Below, in pieces: positions 10,400 to 20,789 of a stretch of DNA of 64,000 nt (positions are counted from its first letter, which is position 1; each line of letters begins with the position of its first letter). Both the position numbers and the translations under genes were made by a program. The stretch comes from Armatimonadota bacterium. Its GTDB lineage: Bacteria > Armatimonadota > SYMT01. The stretch covers positions 32,001-96,000 of the forward strand of contig JAWLHY010000015.1 of NCBI GenBank assembly GCA_041690135.1, read 5' to 3'. The notes under the pieces are model-generated. The model was not told where the DNA came from, ran no database searches, and saw only the letters and a program-made list of their open reading frames with translations.

Positions 10400-11044
10400 T
10401 TACTGATTATTGGCTGGCGGTAGTGAGGTGTGATTGCTTCCCGCATACCTTGCACCGTACCGAATCTCCTCGTCCCAGGAGGCAACCTGCTCCTGAAGGT
10501 CCGGGAAGAAGCGCTCGAAGGCCGCCGCGAAGGGCTGGTAATTCCGCTGCAGGTCCTCCACTGCCTCGGGGAGGGCTGCCCCGCCGGGAACCCAGCGCGA
10601 AAGGCGCTCCAGGGCCGCCGTCACTCCGGACAACTCCGAATAGGAGCCAAGGCGGTCGGTGTCGATCATCGTCCGGACCAACTGGCGCATCCGGTCCGGG
10701 TACTCCTCCAGGCGACCGCCGAGGGTTTCGTACACGCGGGCCGTAAACACAGGCAGGCGTTCCGCGGAGTAGCGGTCCCACTCGCGGGACAGGAAATGGT
10801 CGAAAGCGATATCGACCACCACCCCGGCGTAGCGACGGTTGGCGGTCCCGATCCATTGCCGGCACTCCGCCACCACCGGGTGTGCGTCGGTATAGGCATC
10901 GATCTTCCGGTGGAGCAGGATGCCGAGCCGGATCTCCGCTGGATACTCTTCCGTCAGCCGGCCTTTGACGAAGTCACCCAGCAGACTACCGGCCAGGCAC
11001 TCCGGCCCACGGTCGCCGAGATAGAGATGGGCGAGGTAATTCAA
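10400..11044 (-). CDS. acpH: ACP phosphodiesterase
   Basis: TTG start, NYLAHLYL...GSLLGDFVKG...LHRKIDAYTDAHP...DIAFDHFL. Confidence 0.88.
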   Translation of the reverse strand: MNYLAHLYLGDRGPECLAGSLLGDFVKGRLTEEYPAEIRLGILLHRKIDAYTDAHPVVAECRQWIGTANRRYAGVVVDIAFDHFLSREWDRYSAERLPVFTARVYETLGGRLEEYPDRMRQLVRTMIDTDRLGSYSELSGVTAALERLSRWVPGGAALPEAVEDLQRNYQPFAAAFERFFPDLQEQVASWDEEIRYGARYAGSNHTSLPPANNQ

Positions 11045-11214
11045 GGTTGGTTCCCAGACGCAGCGAATGCGGTCGAAAGCGGGAGAGGCTGCCTTCGTCG
11101 CGTAACTCCCCGAGACTCTTAACGTCTTTTTCCACAAGATGACCGAAGAGTTTTCCCAAGTGTTGCCTCACGGGACTGCACGCCTGCGCGGAAACACCGG
11201 ACCTCGGGCCACTG

Positions 11215-14200
11215 CTATTCCTGGGGCAAGGCACCGCGCTCCGCCACGATTAGAGCCTGCTGGAGTTGATCCGGTTGGATGGGTTTGGTCAGGTGCAGGT
11301 CGAAACCGGCCTCGCGTGATCGTCGCCGGTCTTCATGGGTGCCGTACCCCGTCAACGCGATCAGGCGACATGCCGCAGTAGCGGGACTACTCCGCAGTTG
11401 GCGTGCTACGTCGTAGCCCGTCACTCCACCGGGTAGGCCGATGTCGCAGAGCACCACATCCGGAAGGAACTCCGCCGCGCGAACGATCCCTTCTTGTCCG
11501 GTGAAAGCGACCTCCACCACACACCCGAACAGTTCGAGGAGGTCGCGCAGCGTCTCCGCTGCATCCCGAATGTCTTCGATCACGAGCACGCGAACCGCTG
11601 CCGGCATCCACGGTTCGGAAACCAGTGTCTCTTCTCGCGCGTCGGGGCGAACTTCCGCGGGGAGCGTAATCTGGAACTCCGCCCCTCGCCCCGGCCCTCC
11701 GCTGGTCACCCGCACCGAGCCGCCGCTGTGCAACTCCACCAACCCCTTCACCAGGGACAGACCCAATCCCATGCCACCCTGGCTGCGGTCGAGCGTTCGG
11801 TCTGCCTGAGAGAACGGGGTGAACAGGTGCGGCAGCACCGTAGCGTCAATACCGATGCCGGTATCCCGCACCGAAAGAACCGCTTCTTGCTTCGCGGTCA
11901 GCGCCAGACGCATCCCTACCTTCCCGCCCGCCGGCGTGAACTTGCGGGCGTTGTCCAGCAAGTTGCCGATCACCTGCGCAAGCCGGACCCGGTCGCCATT
12001 CACCCAAACCGGATGGCCCGGCAGTTCCAGCAACAGGCTGACTCCGGCGGCCTCCAGTGCATCCCGATGATCTTCCGCCGTGCTTCGCGCCAGGGCTGCC
12101 AGGTCGAGCTGCTCCAGGTGCAGCCGGATCTTGCCGCGGGCGATACGGCTGACGTCCAGCAGATCATCCACGAGGCGCGTCTGGTGATTGATCTGCCGGA
12201 CCGCCACCTCGAGAGCGCGCCGAAAGGCGGGTCGGTCCGGCGAGGTGCCACTCATGACATGGATGGAGTTGCTGATGGCGCCCAGCGGATTGCGCAACTC
12301 GTGCGCCAACATCGCCAGGAAGTCATCCTTGCGGCGATCGGCGGCCGCCAATTCCTCCGCCCGTGCCCGCGCCGCGTATTCCGCGTCCCGCGCCTGTTGG
12401 TAGAGGCGGGCGTTATCGATGGCAATGGCGGCCTGAGCCGCAATCCCCACCAGGATCCGCTCATGCCGTTCGGTGAAGACACCCGGCAGCGCGTGCCCGA
12501 AGAAGAGACCGCCGAGCACCTCTCCGGTCCGGGAGATGACCGGAACCGCCAGGTAACTGCGTACCGGAAGGTGCCCCTCTGGCATCCCATAATACGGCGC
12601 GTTTTTCCCAAAACGAGGATCCTGGGTCACATCGGCAAGACGCACGATCCCCGTTCCGTCAAAGGTCGGCGCAAAGATAGCAGTCTTTCGGGGAGTGGGG
12701 AACCTGGAGAAGGCCTCTTGGGGCGCGCCCGAGAGCGTGTACAGCATCAAGGCTTCGCCCTCCTCATTCCAGGTGCTGTAGAAGAAACTGCCGAACTGCG
12801 CGTCGCTAATCTCCGTGGCTGCATCCGTTAGGGCTTGCAGCAACTTCTGCAGGTCCAGGTCCCCAGCAAGCACCTGGCCAATCCGGTTGATGCTCTCCAC
12901 GGTGCGGGTTTCTTCGATCAACCCCCACTCCGCGCGGACCCGGTCGTGGATGTCGGTGATATTGCCCACCCATTCCCGCAAAGTTCCATCGGCGTGGTAC
13001 AGCGGAATCGCCCGGACGGCAAAATGCCGGTAGTCTGCTGTGCCGGCATGCCACAAGCGGCCCTGGGCCTCGCACGGAACCCGTTCCGCCAGCGACCGCT
13101 GCCAGAGTTCCAGAACCTTCTCCCGGTCTTCGGGATGGATCATCTCCACCCAGCCGAAACCGCGGTGCTCTTCCCAGCCCTGGCCGGTATATGCCTCCCA
13201 CGAGGACTGCCTCTCCACAAAGCGACCCTGGCCATCACTGGTCCACACGATCGAGGAAGTGGCCGCCACCAGGGACCGGTACCGTTCTTCGCTACGGCGC
13301 AATGCCTCCGCCGCGCGCCGTTGTTCGGTCACGTCTTCCTGCACACAGACCCAGAACTTCGCCCCGTCCGTTTCCAGTGCGGTGATCTGTGCGCGCGTGA
13401 TGAATGGCGTCCCATCCTTCTTCCGGTTCAGCCACTCGCCGACCCACTCCCCTTCACTCCGGAGCGTCTGGATCACCTCGGCGACGACCCGCTCGTTCTC
13501 CTCGGCAGGATAGGCGTTCTGCACAGTGACGTGCTGCCCCAGGAGTTCCCCCGGAGCGTAGCCGAACATGGTGTCTTCCGCGGGGTTGGTATAGACGATC
13601 ACGCCCTGCTCGTCGGTTACGCTGACCCCTTCGCGCATGCTTTCCAGTACCCGCGAGTGGAGTTTCAGCGCTTCTTCCGCCCGCCTGCGTTCAGCGAGTT
13701 CCTGCTGGGCTGCCCGATAGAGTCGGGCGTGATCCACGGCGATAGCCGCCCGGTGCGCTAGCTCTTCCGCCAGCGCCAGGTGTTCTGGCCCATAGCGCCG
13801 GGTTTCTCCGGTGAGGGCAAGACTGATCGCTCCCAACTGCTCCCCGCGCGCCACCATGGGAACGGCGATGTGCGAGCGGACTCCGAGACGCCGGATCAGG
13901 TCCGCGTGTCGCGCATCGACAGTGTGACTCGCCACGACATCGGGATCCACCTCCACCAGCAGTTCCGGTTCACCGGCCCGCAGCACCCGGGCGGCCGGTG
14001 CCGGAGAGTCCCACCCCGGAGGGTAGTCCTCCTGGAGCTCCCGCAGCACTCCTTCTTGCGCCGGATCCACGTGCGCCGCCGCGACCCGGCAAATCCGGCC
14101 CTGGTCCACGATATCGACGTAACAGAAATCGGCGAGATCGGGCAGGGCCAGCCGAACCACTTGCTGGAGAGTAGTCTCATAGTCCAGCGAAGAACCGAGG

Positions 14201-14322
14201 ATGCGCGTGGCTTGTGCCAGGATCTGATAGCGCCGGAGATCCCGATCGAACGCGAGCGATCCGTCCCCGCCGGCAGCGAGAAAGGTGGAGTTCAACTGCG
14301 ACTCGGAGAACGCTTCATCCAT
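11215..14322 (-). CDS. Hybrid sensor histidine kinase (GAF-PAS-PAS-GAF-HisKA-HATPase-REC)
   Basis: FLAMLAHELRNPL H-box, NARKFT, DTGIG, GLGL boxes; REC with CDIGLP and KP; start placed at ATG 14322 (MDEAF). Confidence 0.92.
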   Translation of the reverse strand: MDEAFSESQLNSTFLAAGGDGSLAFDRDLRRYQILAQATRILGSSLDYETTLQQVVRLALPDLADFCYVDIVDQGRICRVAAAHVDPAQEGVLRELQEDYPPGWDSPAPAARVLRAGEPELLVEVDPDVVASHTVDARHADLIRRLGVRSHIAVPMVARGEQLGAISLALTGETRRYGPEHLALAEELAHRAAIAVDHARLYRAAQQELAERRRAEEALKLHSRVLESMREGVSVTDEQGVIVYTNPAEDTMFGYAPGELLGQHVTVQNAYPAEENERVVAEVIQTLRSEGEWVGEWLNRKKDGTPFITRAQITALETDGAKFWVCVQEDVTEQRRAAEALRRSEERYRSLVAATSSIVWTSDGQGRFVERQSSWEAYTGQGWEEHRGFGWVEMIHPEDREKVLELWQRSLAERVPCEAQGRLWHAGTADYRHFAVRAIPLYHADGTLREWVGNITDIHDRVRAEWGLIEETRTVESINRIGQVLAGDLDLQKLLQALTDAATEISDAQFGSFFYSTWNEEGEALMLYTLSGAPQEAFSRFPTPRKTAIFAPTFDGTGIVRLADVTQDPRFGKNAPYYGMPEGHLPVRSYLAVPVISRTGEVLGGLFFGHALPGVFTERHERILVGIAAQAAIAIDNARLYQQARDAEYAARARAEELAAADRRKDDFLAMLAHELRNPLGAISNSIHVMSGTSPDRPAFRRALEVAVRQINHQTRLVDDLLDVSRIARGKIRLHLEQLDLAALARSTAEDHRDALEAAGVSLLLELPGHPVWVNGDRVRLAQVIGNLLDNARKFTPAGGKVGMRLALTAKQEAVLSVRDTGIGIDATVLPHLFTPFSQADRTLDRSQGGMGLGLSLVKGLVELHSGGSVRVTSGGPGRGAEFQITLPAEVRPDAREETLVSEPWMPAAVRVLVIEDIRDAAETLRDLLELFGCVVEVAFTGQEGIVRAAEFLPDVVLCDIGLPGGVTGYDVARQLRSSPATAACRLIALTGYGTHEDRRRSREAGFDLHLTKPIQPDQLQQALIVAERGALPQE

Positions 14323-14589
14323 AATGAGTTCCGGCGATCCCGGCGGAGACGAAGAGGGGGCCGGCGCCGTGCGGACGGTAGGGATGCCGTCCACCGATCG
14401 GCGACGGCCAGCTTGAACTGGCTTATCTTCCCACGCCGGCCCCGTCCTCTCACGAAGACTTCCCGAGACGGAACGCAGATTGTACCGTTCTTCGAGACGT
14501 ACGCGCCAGGTACCACCCGAATGCATCTCGGCATCGGGGTGGAACCTGTCGTGTTCGTCGAGTTCCTGGTCCGCCCCCGACTCGGGCGC

Positions 14590-15765
14590 CTACGTTCCCA
14601 GGGCCGCGAATACCCGGTTGGTGACCCCATTGCGCAACGCCACTGTCTTCTCGGAGGATATGGGGGACCCGGACGTGACGAAGACCAGCGCGTTACCGGT
14701 CGCGGGGTCGGCCACGCCGATGAACGTATCGATTCCCGCGTGCCCGAAGATGCCCGGTGAGGTCTGGTCGCGGAACCCGAACCAGTCGTGACCACCGGCT
14801 TTCGGTCCCTCCCCGCGCAGGAGCGGCCCGAGACCCCATGGTTCGTGGACCGGCCGCTGACCCGCAGCGCGCGCCTTCTCGATCTCCCGCCGGTACTGGA
14901 CCGTGTGCATCTCCGCCAGGGCCGCCGGCGTCAACAGACGCTTGCCGCGGTAGACGCCGCCGTTCAGGTGGAGGTGCAGCACCTTCAGCGCGTCCGTCAC
15001 CGTACCGAAACAGCCGCCGGCCGGATGGCCTCGGAACTGGTATACGTCCTCCAGTCGCTGCGGCAGTTCCTTGGGCTGCGGTGTGAGGGCCACGGGCGCC
15101 CTTTTAGCGGGAAGGTCGAACGTGAGGGACCGGGCCCCAAGTGGCTCGAACAGCCGCTCGTGGCAGAGCTGCTGCCAGGGCTTTCCACCGGAAACCCGGC
15201 GGACCGCCTCCGCAGCCACGAACAGTCCGGTCAGCCCGTGATACTGCGTCCGGGAACCCGGCTCCCATGCCGTCTTCAGGTCAGCCATGATCTTTACGGC
15301 CGACTTCCAACCTTCTTCCGTTTCGACCGGGCCCAACTCGGCCGTGGGAATGCCCGCCGAATGGGTGAGCAGGTGCCGTAGAGTGATGGCCTCTTTCCCG
15401 CCCCCCGTGAACTCGGGAATGTAGGTCTTCACCGGCGCGTCGTATTCCACCAGCCCGTCTTGCCGAGCCATGACCACCACCGTAGCGGAGACGAGCTTGG
15501 AGTAGGAGAAGAGCGGGTGTACGACCTCCGAACCCAACGGGGCACTGCGGCGCCCCAGGGCGCAGTAGGTGCCCCACTGCCCCTGAAACTGGACCTTCCC
15601 CTTCCGCGACGCGATGAGCGAGGCCCCCGGCACCGTTCCGACCGCCACCTCACCTTCGATAAACTGGCTGACTTCCCGCCACCGCTCTGGAACCATCGGA
15701 GCGATCATGGCGGCCGCCGCGGTCCGCTGGAGGAGTTCCCTACGGGTCAAGTGGTACTGTGTCAT
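14590..15765 (-). CDS. Serine hydrolase, beta-lactamase class C-like, Tat-exported
   Basis: TRRELL Tat motif; FSYSK (SxxK), LLTHSAG, FGHAG. Confidence 0.88.
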   Translation of the reverse strand: MTQYHLTRRELLQRTAAAAMIAPMVPERWREVSQFIEGEVAVGTVPGASLIASRKGKVQFQGQWGTYCALGRRSAPLGSEVVHPLFSYSKLVSATVVVMARQDGLVEYDAPVKTYIPEFTGGGKEAITLRHLLTHSAGIPTAELGPVETEEGWKSAVKIMADLKTAWEPGSRTQYHGLTGLFVAAEAVRRVSGGKPWQQLCHERLFEPLGARSLTFDLPAKRAPVALTPQPKELPQRLEDVYQFRGHPAGGCFGTVTDALKVLHLHLNGGVYRGKRLLTPAALAEMHTVQYRREIEKARAAGQRPVHEPWGLGPLLRGEGPKAGGHDWFGFRDQTSPGIFGHAGIDTFIGVADPATGNALVFVTSGSPISSEKTVALRNGVTNRVFAALGT

Positions 15766-15783
15766 GGCTTTTTGGGCAGGACG

Positions 15784-15938
15784 GGATCTGAGTTGAAGCC
15801 CCCCTCGGGGGCTAAAGGTTGGAAGGTTGAAGGTTGAAAGTTGGGAACCCGGGGTTCAGTACCGGTGCGGTTTGGCGGTACCCGCATCTGAGTTGCAAGT
15901 TGGAAGGTTGAAGGTTGAAGGTTGAAAGTTGGGAACCC
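15784..15938. repeat. Composite intergenic repeat family A, copy 1: (AAGGTTG)n heptamers, GCCCCCCTCGGGGGC hairpin, GGATCTGAGTTG
   Basis: Two tandem modules; a near-identical inverted copy lies at ~48257-48329. Confidence 0.85.
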
Positions 15939-16303
15939 GCGACGTCTGTGACGGCTATGGTTTGGGAGAACGAGTTCTGGCCCCTTGAGGCTAGAGGTTG
16001 GTTGCCGAGATCGCCGCGGTTACACAACTAGCTACCGGTTAGTCCGGAATCATTCCTGAATCCTGCCCCTAGTCCGAGAGATATCTCGGTCCGCCTCCCA
16101 CCGGATACTGCTTCCAGCCGACTCCCCTTATGAGCGAACGGCACCCCATGCTGCCGAACCGTCCGCCGAGCGGGTGCGACGAAACCCACGCAGGAGTCAC
16201 CCCGCAACCCCGAGAACCCTTGAACCAACACGGGGAACAACCCCCACGACTCACCAACTCACCCCTCACCACTCCATCACTCACCACTCACCCCGGAGCC
16301 AAG

Positions 16304-17352
16304 ATGATGACGGACGAAGCACAGATTTCCCGGCGCGGACTGCTGGCCGGTTTGGGAGCGGCGGCTATGACGGAGATGGCGGGAGCAACCCAGTCGGCCC
16401 ATGCCGGCGACGGAAAGCCTCGGGCGGTGCGCGGCGATTCCTACCGTAAAAAGCTGCTGCAGTGCCTGGGTGGGGAGTGGCCGGAAGGCGGCCCGCTGCA
16501 GCCGATCGTGGAGAAGACGGAACAGAAGGACGGCTACCGCCTGGAGCGGATCACCTACCTGGTGGAGCCGCACGAGCGCATCGCTGCCTACTTGCGGTCC
16601 CGGACAGCGCTTCGAAGGGCCGGCCCGCACCGGGTATCTGCCTCTGGCACCAGCATAACGGTGCGTACGATATCGGCATGGCCGAGCCTGCCGGCCTGAA
16701 GCTGGGGCCGATGCACCACACCGGCGTGGCCCTCGCCCGCGAGGGGTACGTGGTCCTCTGCCCCGACGCCGCCGGCTTCGGCGAACGCAACCGGAAGGGG
16801 AAGCTGAACGGTCGCAACCTGGAGCACTACCTCTTCGCCATGTACGTGGCGGAAGGGAAGTGCCTGGCCTGGAAGAACATCCTCGACATGCGCCGTGCGG
16901 TCGATTACATCTCCAGCCGGCCGGAGGTTGACGCGAACCGCCTGGGCTGCTACGGGCACTCTATGGGTTCGACGCATACCTGGCTCGTTGGTCCCTGGGA
17001 GTCGCGGCTGAAGGCGCTGGTCGGCAACTGCTGCATGCCGACCTACGCCGCGATGGAGCGCACCGACCTCATCCACTGCTTCCCGAACTACATCCCCGGC
17101 TGGCGCCGGCACGGCGACATCCCCGACATCGCCGGCATGATCGCCCCGCGCGCCCTGCACCTCAACTTCGGCGAGACCGACGGCGGCAGCCCCATCGAAG
17201 AGGTGAAGACCGGTGTGGAGATCATCCGCCGTGCCTACGAGGCCAAGAAAGCGGGAGACCGCTTCACTTACTACATCGAACCCGGCTCCGGCCATATCCT
17301 CAGCGACGAGATGCTCCGGCGGGTCAAGGCGCACTTCGCTACTCACTTGTGA
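16304..17352 (+). pseudogene. Tat-exported dienelactone-hydrolase-type alpha/beta hydrolase, frameshifted near 16590
   Basis: N-terminal part (SRRGLL...RIAAYL) and catalytic part (LAVPD...HQH...GHSMG...GHIL) lie in different frames; adding one base at GCCTAC^TTGCGGTC joins them. Confidence 0.8.
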
Positions 17353-17528
17353 TTTCCGACCAATTCAACCGCAGAGACGCTGAGGACGCTGAGGTGACGC
17401 AGAGAGGGGGAGAGGGGGAAAGCGACTAACCCAATCCAGAAGTTCAACTGCAATGGACGCCCCGGCAACTGCGCGAAGCGGCAGATGGAGCGGTAGTCTT
17501 TCATGCTCATTTCCGCCAAGCGGCACAT

Positions 17529-17554
17529 GTAGGGGCAGCCGCCGTGCTTGCCCT
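17529..17554 (+). repeat. REP-like element (GTAG followed by an imperfect hairpin)
   Basis: GTAGGGGCAGCCGCCGTGCTTGCCCT. Confidence 0.5.
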
Positions 17555-17784
17555 CGGCCTGTGGCTGATGAGCGCTTGCAAAAACGCACTTGCTGTGTGT
17601 ACGAACCCCGTTAGACCACACCCGTCCTCCCCTGAATACGGTGCCGGTTTCGGATGGCGTTCGGCGCTCAGCAAGCGCGGAAGATTCGCACCAGCCGTAC
17701 CGATGGGATTGGAGATTTCGCACGCTTACGGCCACGCGGATGCCGACGGACCCCGACTTGGACCGGATGATGGGAGATACCAGG

Positions 17785-18963
17785 ATGCAAAAGCTTTCCA
17801 ACAAACGGACCATACCGCTCAGCGCGGCTCTAGCGGGGATGGCCGCATTGGCCGCCGCGAGTGTGAGCACATCCACCCCCGCCCACACGGCCGAGGGGCG
17901 GCAGCCGCTGGTGCTCATCTCGTCCTTCGCGCCCGGGAAGGATGGGGCGATCCAGGCTTACCGGCTGGACCCGGAGAACGGCAAGCTGACTCCGACCCAC
18001 CGTAATTCCGGGATCCCGCACCCCTTCTATCTCGCCGTCACTCCGGATCGCCGCTACCTCTACTCCATCCAGGCGGAGAAGTTCGGCGCCAGCGAGAATG
18101 AGCACGTCGCCGCCTACACCCTCGACCGACAAACGGGCGCGCTCCGGTTCCTGAACCGGCAGTCGTCCCGGGGAACCGCTTCGTGTTACCTGGAGGTGGA
18201 CGCCACGGGGAAAACCGTCCTCGTCGCCAACTACTCCACCGGCAGCGTGGCCTCGTTGCCGATCCGGAAGGACGGTACCCTGGGCGAGGCGGCCAGCTTC
18301 GTCCAGCACGCTGGCTCCAGCGTCGACCCGGCCCGCCAAACCGGTCCGCACGCGCACAGCTTCGTCATCAGCCCCAACAACCGGCACGCCTTTGCCGCCG
18401 ACCTGGGCCTGGACCAGCTCCTCAGCTACCGCCTCGAGCCCGCCACGGCAAAGCTCACCCCCAACCGGCAGCCGTTCGTGCGCACCCCTCCCGGCGCGGG
18501 TCCCCGACACCTCACGTTCCACCCGAACGGACGGCACCTCTACGCCATCAATGAGCTGGCCAACTCCGTGACGCTGTTCGATTACGACCCAAAGACCGGC
18601 ACCCTGGTCGAACGCCAGACCCTCTCCACCTTGCCGAAGGAGTTCACCGGCAAGAGCTACTGCGCCGACCTGAAGATTACCCCGGACGGAAAGTACCTGT
18701 ATGGGACTAACCGCGGCCACGACAGCATCGCCGCGTACCGCCTGGCCCAGGACGGCCGCCTGGCATTGATCGACATCTACCCCAGCCTGGGAAAAGGGCC
18801 GCAGAACCTGCTCATCACCGCCGGGGGCCGGCTGCTCCTCTGCGCCAACATGCCCGGCAACAACGTCGCCGTCTTCCGTATCGATCCGGCCACGGGAGCC
18901 CTCACCTCCACCGGCACGCCGACGGAGATCCGCAGCCCCTCATGCATCCGCACCCTGGAGTGA
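17785..18963 (+). CDS. 6-phosphogluconolactonase-family beta-propeller (lactonase) with signal peptide
   Basis: VANYSTGSV, PHAH, ADLGLD, GAGPRHLTFHP, NRGHDSIA. Confidence 0.92.
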   Translation: MQKLSNKRTIPLSAALAGMAALAAASVSTSTPAHTAEGRQPLVLISSFAPGKDGAIQAYRLDPENGKLTPTHRNSGIPHPFYLAVTPDRRYLYSIQAEKFGASENEHVAAYTLDRQTGALRFLNRQSSRGTASCYLEVDATGKTVLVANYSTGSVASLPIRKDGTLGEAASFVQHAGSSVDPARQTGPHAHSFVISPNNRHAFAADLGLDQLLSYRLEPATAKLTPNRQPFVRTPPGAGPRHLTFHPNGRHLYAINELANSVTLFDYDPKTGTLVERQTLSTLPKEFTGKSYCADLKITPDGKYLYGTNRGHDSIAAYRLAQDGRLALIDIYPSLGKGPQNLLITAGGRLLLCANMPGNNVAVFRIDPATGALTSTGTPTEIRSPSCIRTLE

Positions 18964-19003
18964 TTGGGGGCTCTCACCACGGAGACAAGGGATACGCGTC
19001 ACC

Positions 19004-19507
19004 ATGCTTGAAGTGCAGATTTGCAATGACCATGAAGACATCATCAAGCAGATCTATGATGCATCTGGTGTCGCGACTTTGCCGCCGGAAAGCCCCATCG
19101 TCGTGAGGTGGGCTTTACGCGGCTTTTACGGGAATGACACCGAGAGTGGACTATTAGGCCAGCGATGGAATGATCTCGATGTCTTCACGCTACGCTCATA
19201 TGGGGAAGGTCTTAGGTTGTTCACTCCACGAGCTTGGCATTATTACTTACCAGCATATCTGATAGGTTCGTTGGACGAGAATGCAGACGTACTAGAAGAC
19301 CAAGTACTAAGAACTCTAGATCCATATTACAATGAAATTTCATCTGATGTCGCACTGCCAGCTCGCCTACCGAAGTTAAGCGAAGAGGAAAAGGTAGCCG
19401 TGCTAAACTATTTGCGGCATCTTTGGGACAAACACCGGGATAATTATCACGAAGAATGGCTTCGCTCTGTCTTGGATTTCTGGGAGCTACAGGTGAGGAC
19501 CGGGTAA
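19004..19507 (+). CDS. Lower-GC hypothetical protein, DUF6714-like
   Basis: W..L.......LRLFTPRAWHYYLPAYLIGSL motif; AT-rich codon use relative to neighbours. Confidence 0.6.
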   Translation: MLEVQICNDHEDIIKQIYDASGVATLPPESPIVVRWALRGFYGNDTESGLLGQRWNDLDVFTLRSYGEGLRLFTPRAWHYYLPAYLIGSLDENADVLEDQVLRTLDPYYNEISSDVALPARLPKLSEEEKVAVLNYLRHLWDKHRDNYHEEWLRSVLDFWELQVRTG

Positions 19508-19620
19508 GGTTCGAAGTGCTGGGCATTGACCCCGACACCCGTCGCTTCCAGGGCCGGCTATTGACGAAGATTCCGTAGCGTCGACCCAATCCAGTGTCGC
19601 GGCATTCGGCCGCCTCAGGT

Positions 19621-19660
19621 GAAAAAGGGCGAGGTGGCATTGCCCTCCTCGCCCTTTTTC
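19621..19660. terminator. Bidirectional intrinsic terminator
   Basis: GAAAAAGGGCGAGG-N12-CCTCGCCCTTTTTC between convergent genes. Confidence 0.75.
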
Positions 19661-19694
19661 AACCCTTTCGGTAGACTCTTGCAGATCTACCGGG

Positions 19695-19913
19695 CTAGTG
19701 TCCCTGCGGCGGCGCACTGCTGCCGCTTGGCGGCGCGCTGCCGCCACTTGGCGGTGCACTCATCCCGGACGCCGGCATTCCTGGCGGGCCCTGCGGGGGC
19801 TGGCTCTCAACTTTCACATCGTTAGTAGCGGGTGTTCCGCAACCGCCGATCGCCGCTGCACACCCGATCACACACACGGGCAAAACTCCCGCAAAGAACT
19901 TTCGCCGGTTCAT
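19695..19913 (-). CDS. Small Pro-rich putative (Tat) lipoprotein
   Basis: MNRRKFF...AAAIGGC lipobox; SAPPSGG/SAPPSGS repeats; lies directly downstream of the prepilin gene. Confidence 0.55.
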   Translation of the reverse strand: MNRRKFFAGVLPVCVIGCAAAIGGCGTPATNDVKVESQPPQGPPGMPASGMSAPPSGGSAPPSGSSAPPQGH

Positions 19914-19940
19914 TTTTGCTTGTGACCTTAGCATATCCGT

Positions 19941-20654
19941 TTAGTCGCCTCCCTTGATCGTCCAGTCGCCCGGCTTGGAGTTCTTCACCCACTTCACGTG
20001 CCCGTCCGCAAACGCGGCATTGAACCCGTCGTTGTGGCGCTTCTGGTTGAAAGGATTGGGATCGCACCCCGACAGACCGGCATTGATGCATGCGTCGGTT
20101 GTGGCATAGTTCCAGATCTCACCCGCCCGCGAATCGACGAGTTGGATCGTCCCGGAGACATCCTCGATCACCGCCATCGAACGCGGCTGGCACGGTCCCC
20201 CTGCACAGTTGATCATGGGTGAGCCGGAAAGATTCCAGGGCGCCACCGGCCAGTTGTGAACCACACCCGCCTTGTAGTCCGAAACCAGGGGATTAGGCCC
20301 GGTAAGGGGCCGGCGATAATTGTACGCAACGTGAGGACTTGCACTTGGGCACAGGAATGCATTCCAGTTCTTGATGTACGGCTGGATGTCGTCTTCCCAC
20401 CACCACAACTGAGCCTGGCCGGTCTCGTAGTGGTAGTTGAAAGGCAGATTCTCGTCATAATCCTGGACGTACATCTGAATGCCGGTGATCAACTGCTTGA
20501 GGTTCGACTTGCATGATGTGGCGCGAGCAGCTTCCCGCGCGCGCGCAAAAACCGGGAAAAGGATCGCTGCCAAAATTGCAATGATGGCTATAACGACGAG
20601 CAACTCGATCAGGGTGAAGCCGCGTCGCCGACTGGGTAGGGAACTGGTCCTCAC
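19941..20654 (-). CDS. Prepilin-type N-terminal cleavage/methylation protein with H-X9-DG motif (DUF1559 family)
   Basis: [30 protein letters not shown]; [16 protein letters not shown]; GTG 20654 after GGAGG. Confidence 0.93.
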   Translation of the reverse strand: MRTSSLPSRRRGFTLIELLVVIAIIAILAAILFPVFARAREAARATSCKSNLKQLITGIQMYVQDYDENLPFNYHYETGQAQLWWWEDDIQPYIKNWNAFLCPSASPHVAYNYRRPLTGPNPLVSDYKAGVVHNWPVAPWNLSGSPMINCAGGPCQPRSMAVIEDVSGTIQLVDSRAGEIWNYATTDACINAGLSGCDPNPFNQKRHNDGFNAAFADGHVKWVKNSKPGDWTIKGGD

Positions 20655-20789
20655 GAAGACCTCCTTCATTAGCATCGATAGGCGTGGCATGCCAGCACAG
20701 GGCGCAGGCGCAGTGCTCTACCGCGCCGATTGTGAGACCGATTTCGTCACGAGCGCCGAACTCTCCTTCACCAATCGAGAAAGCCTCTC

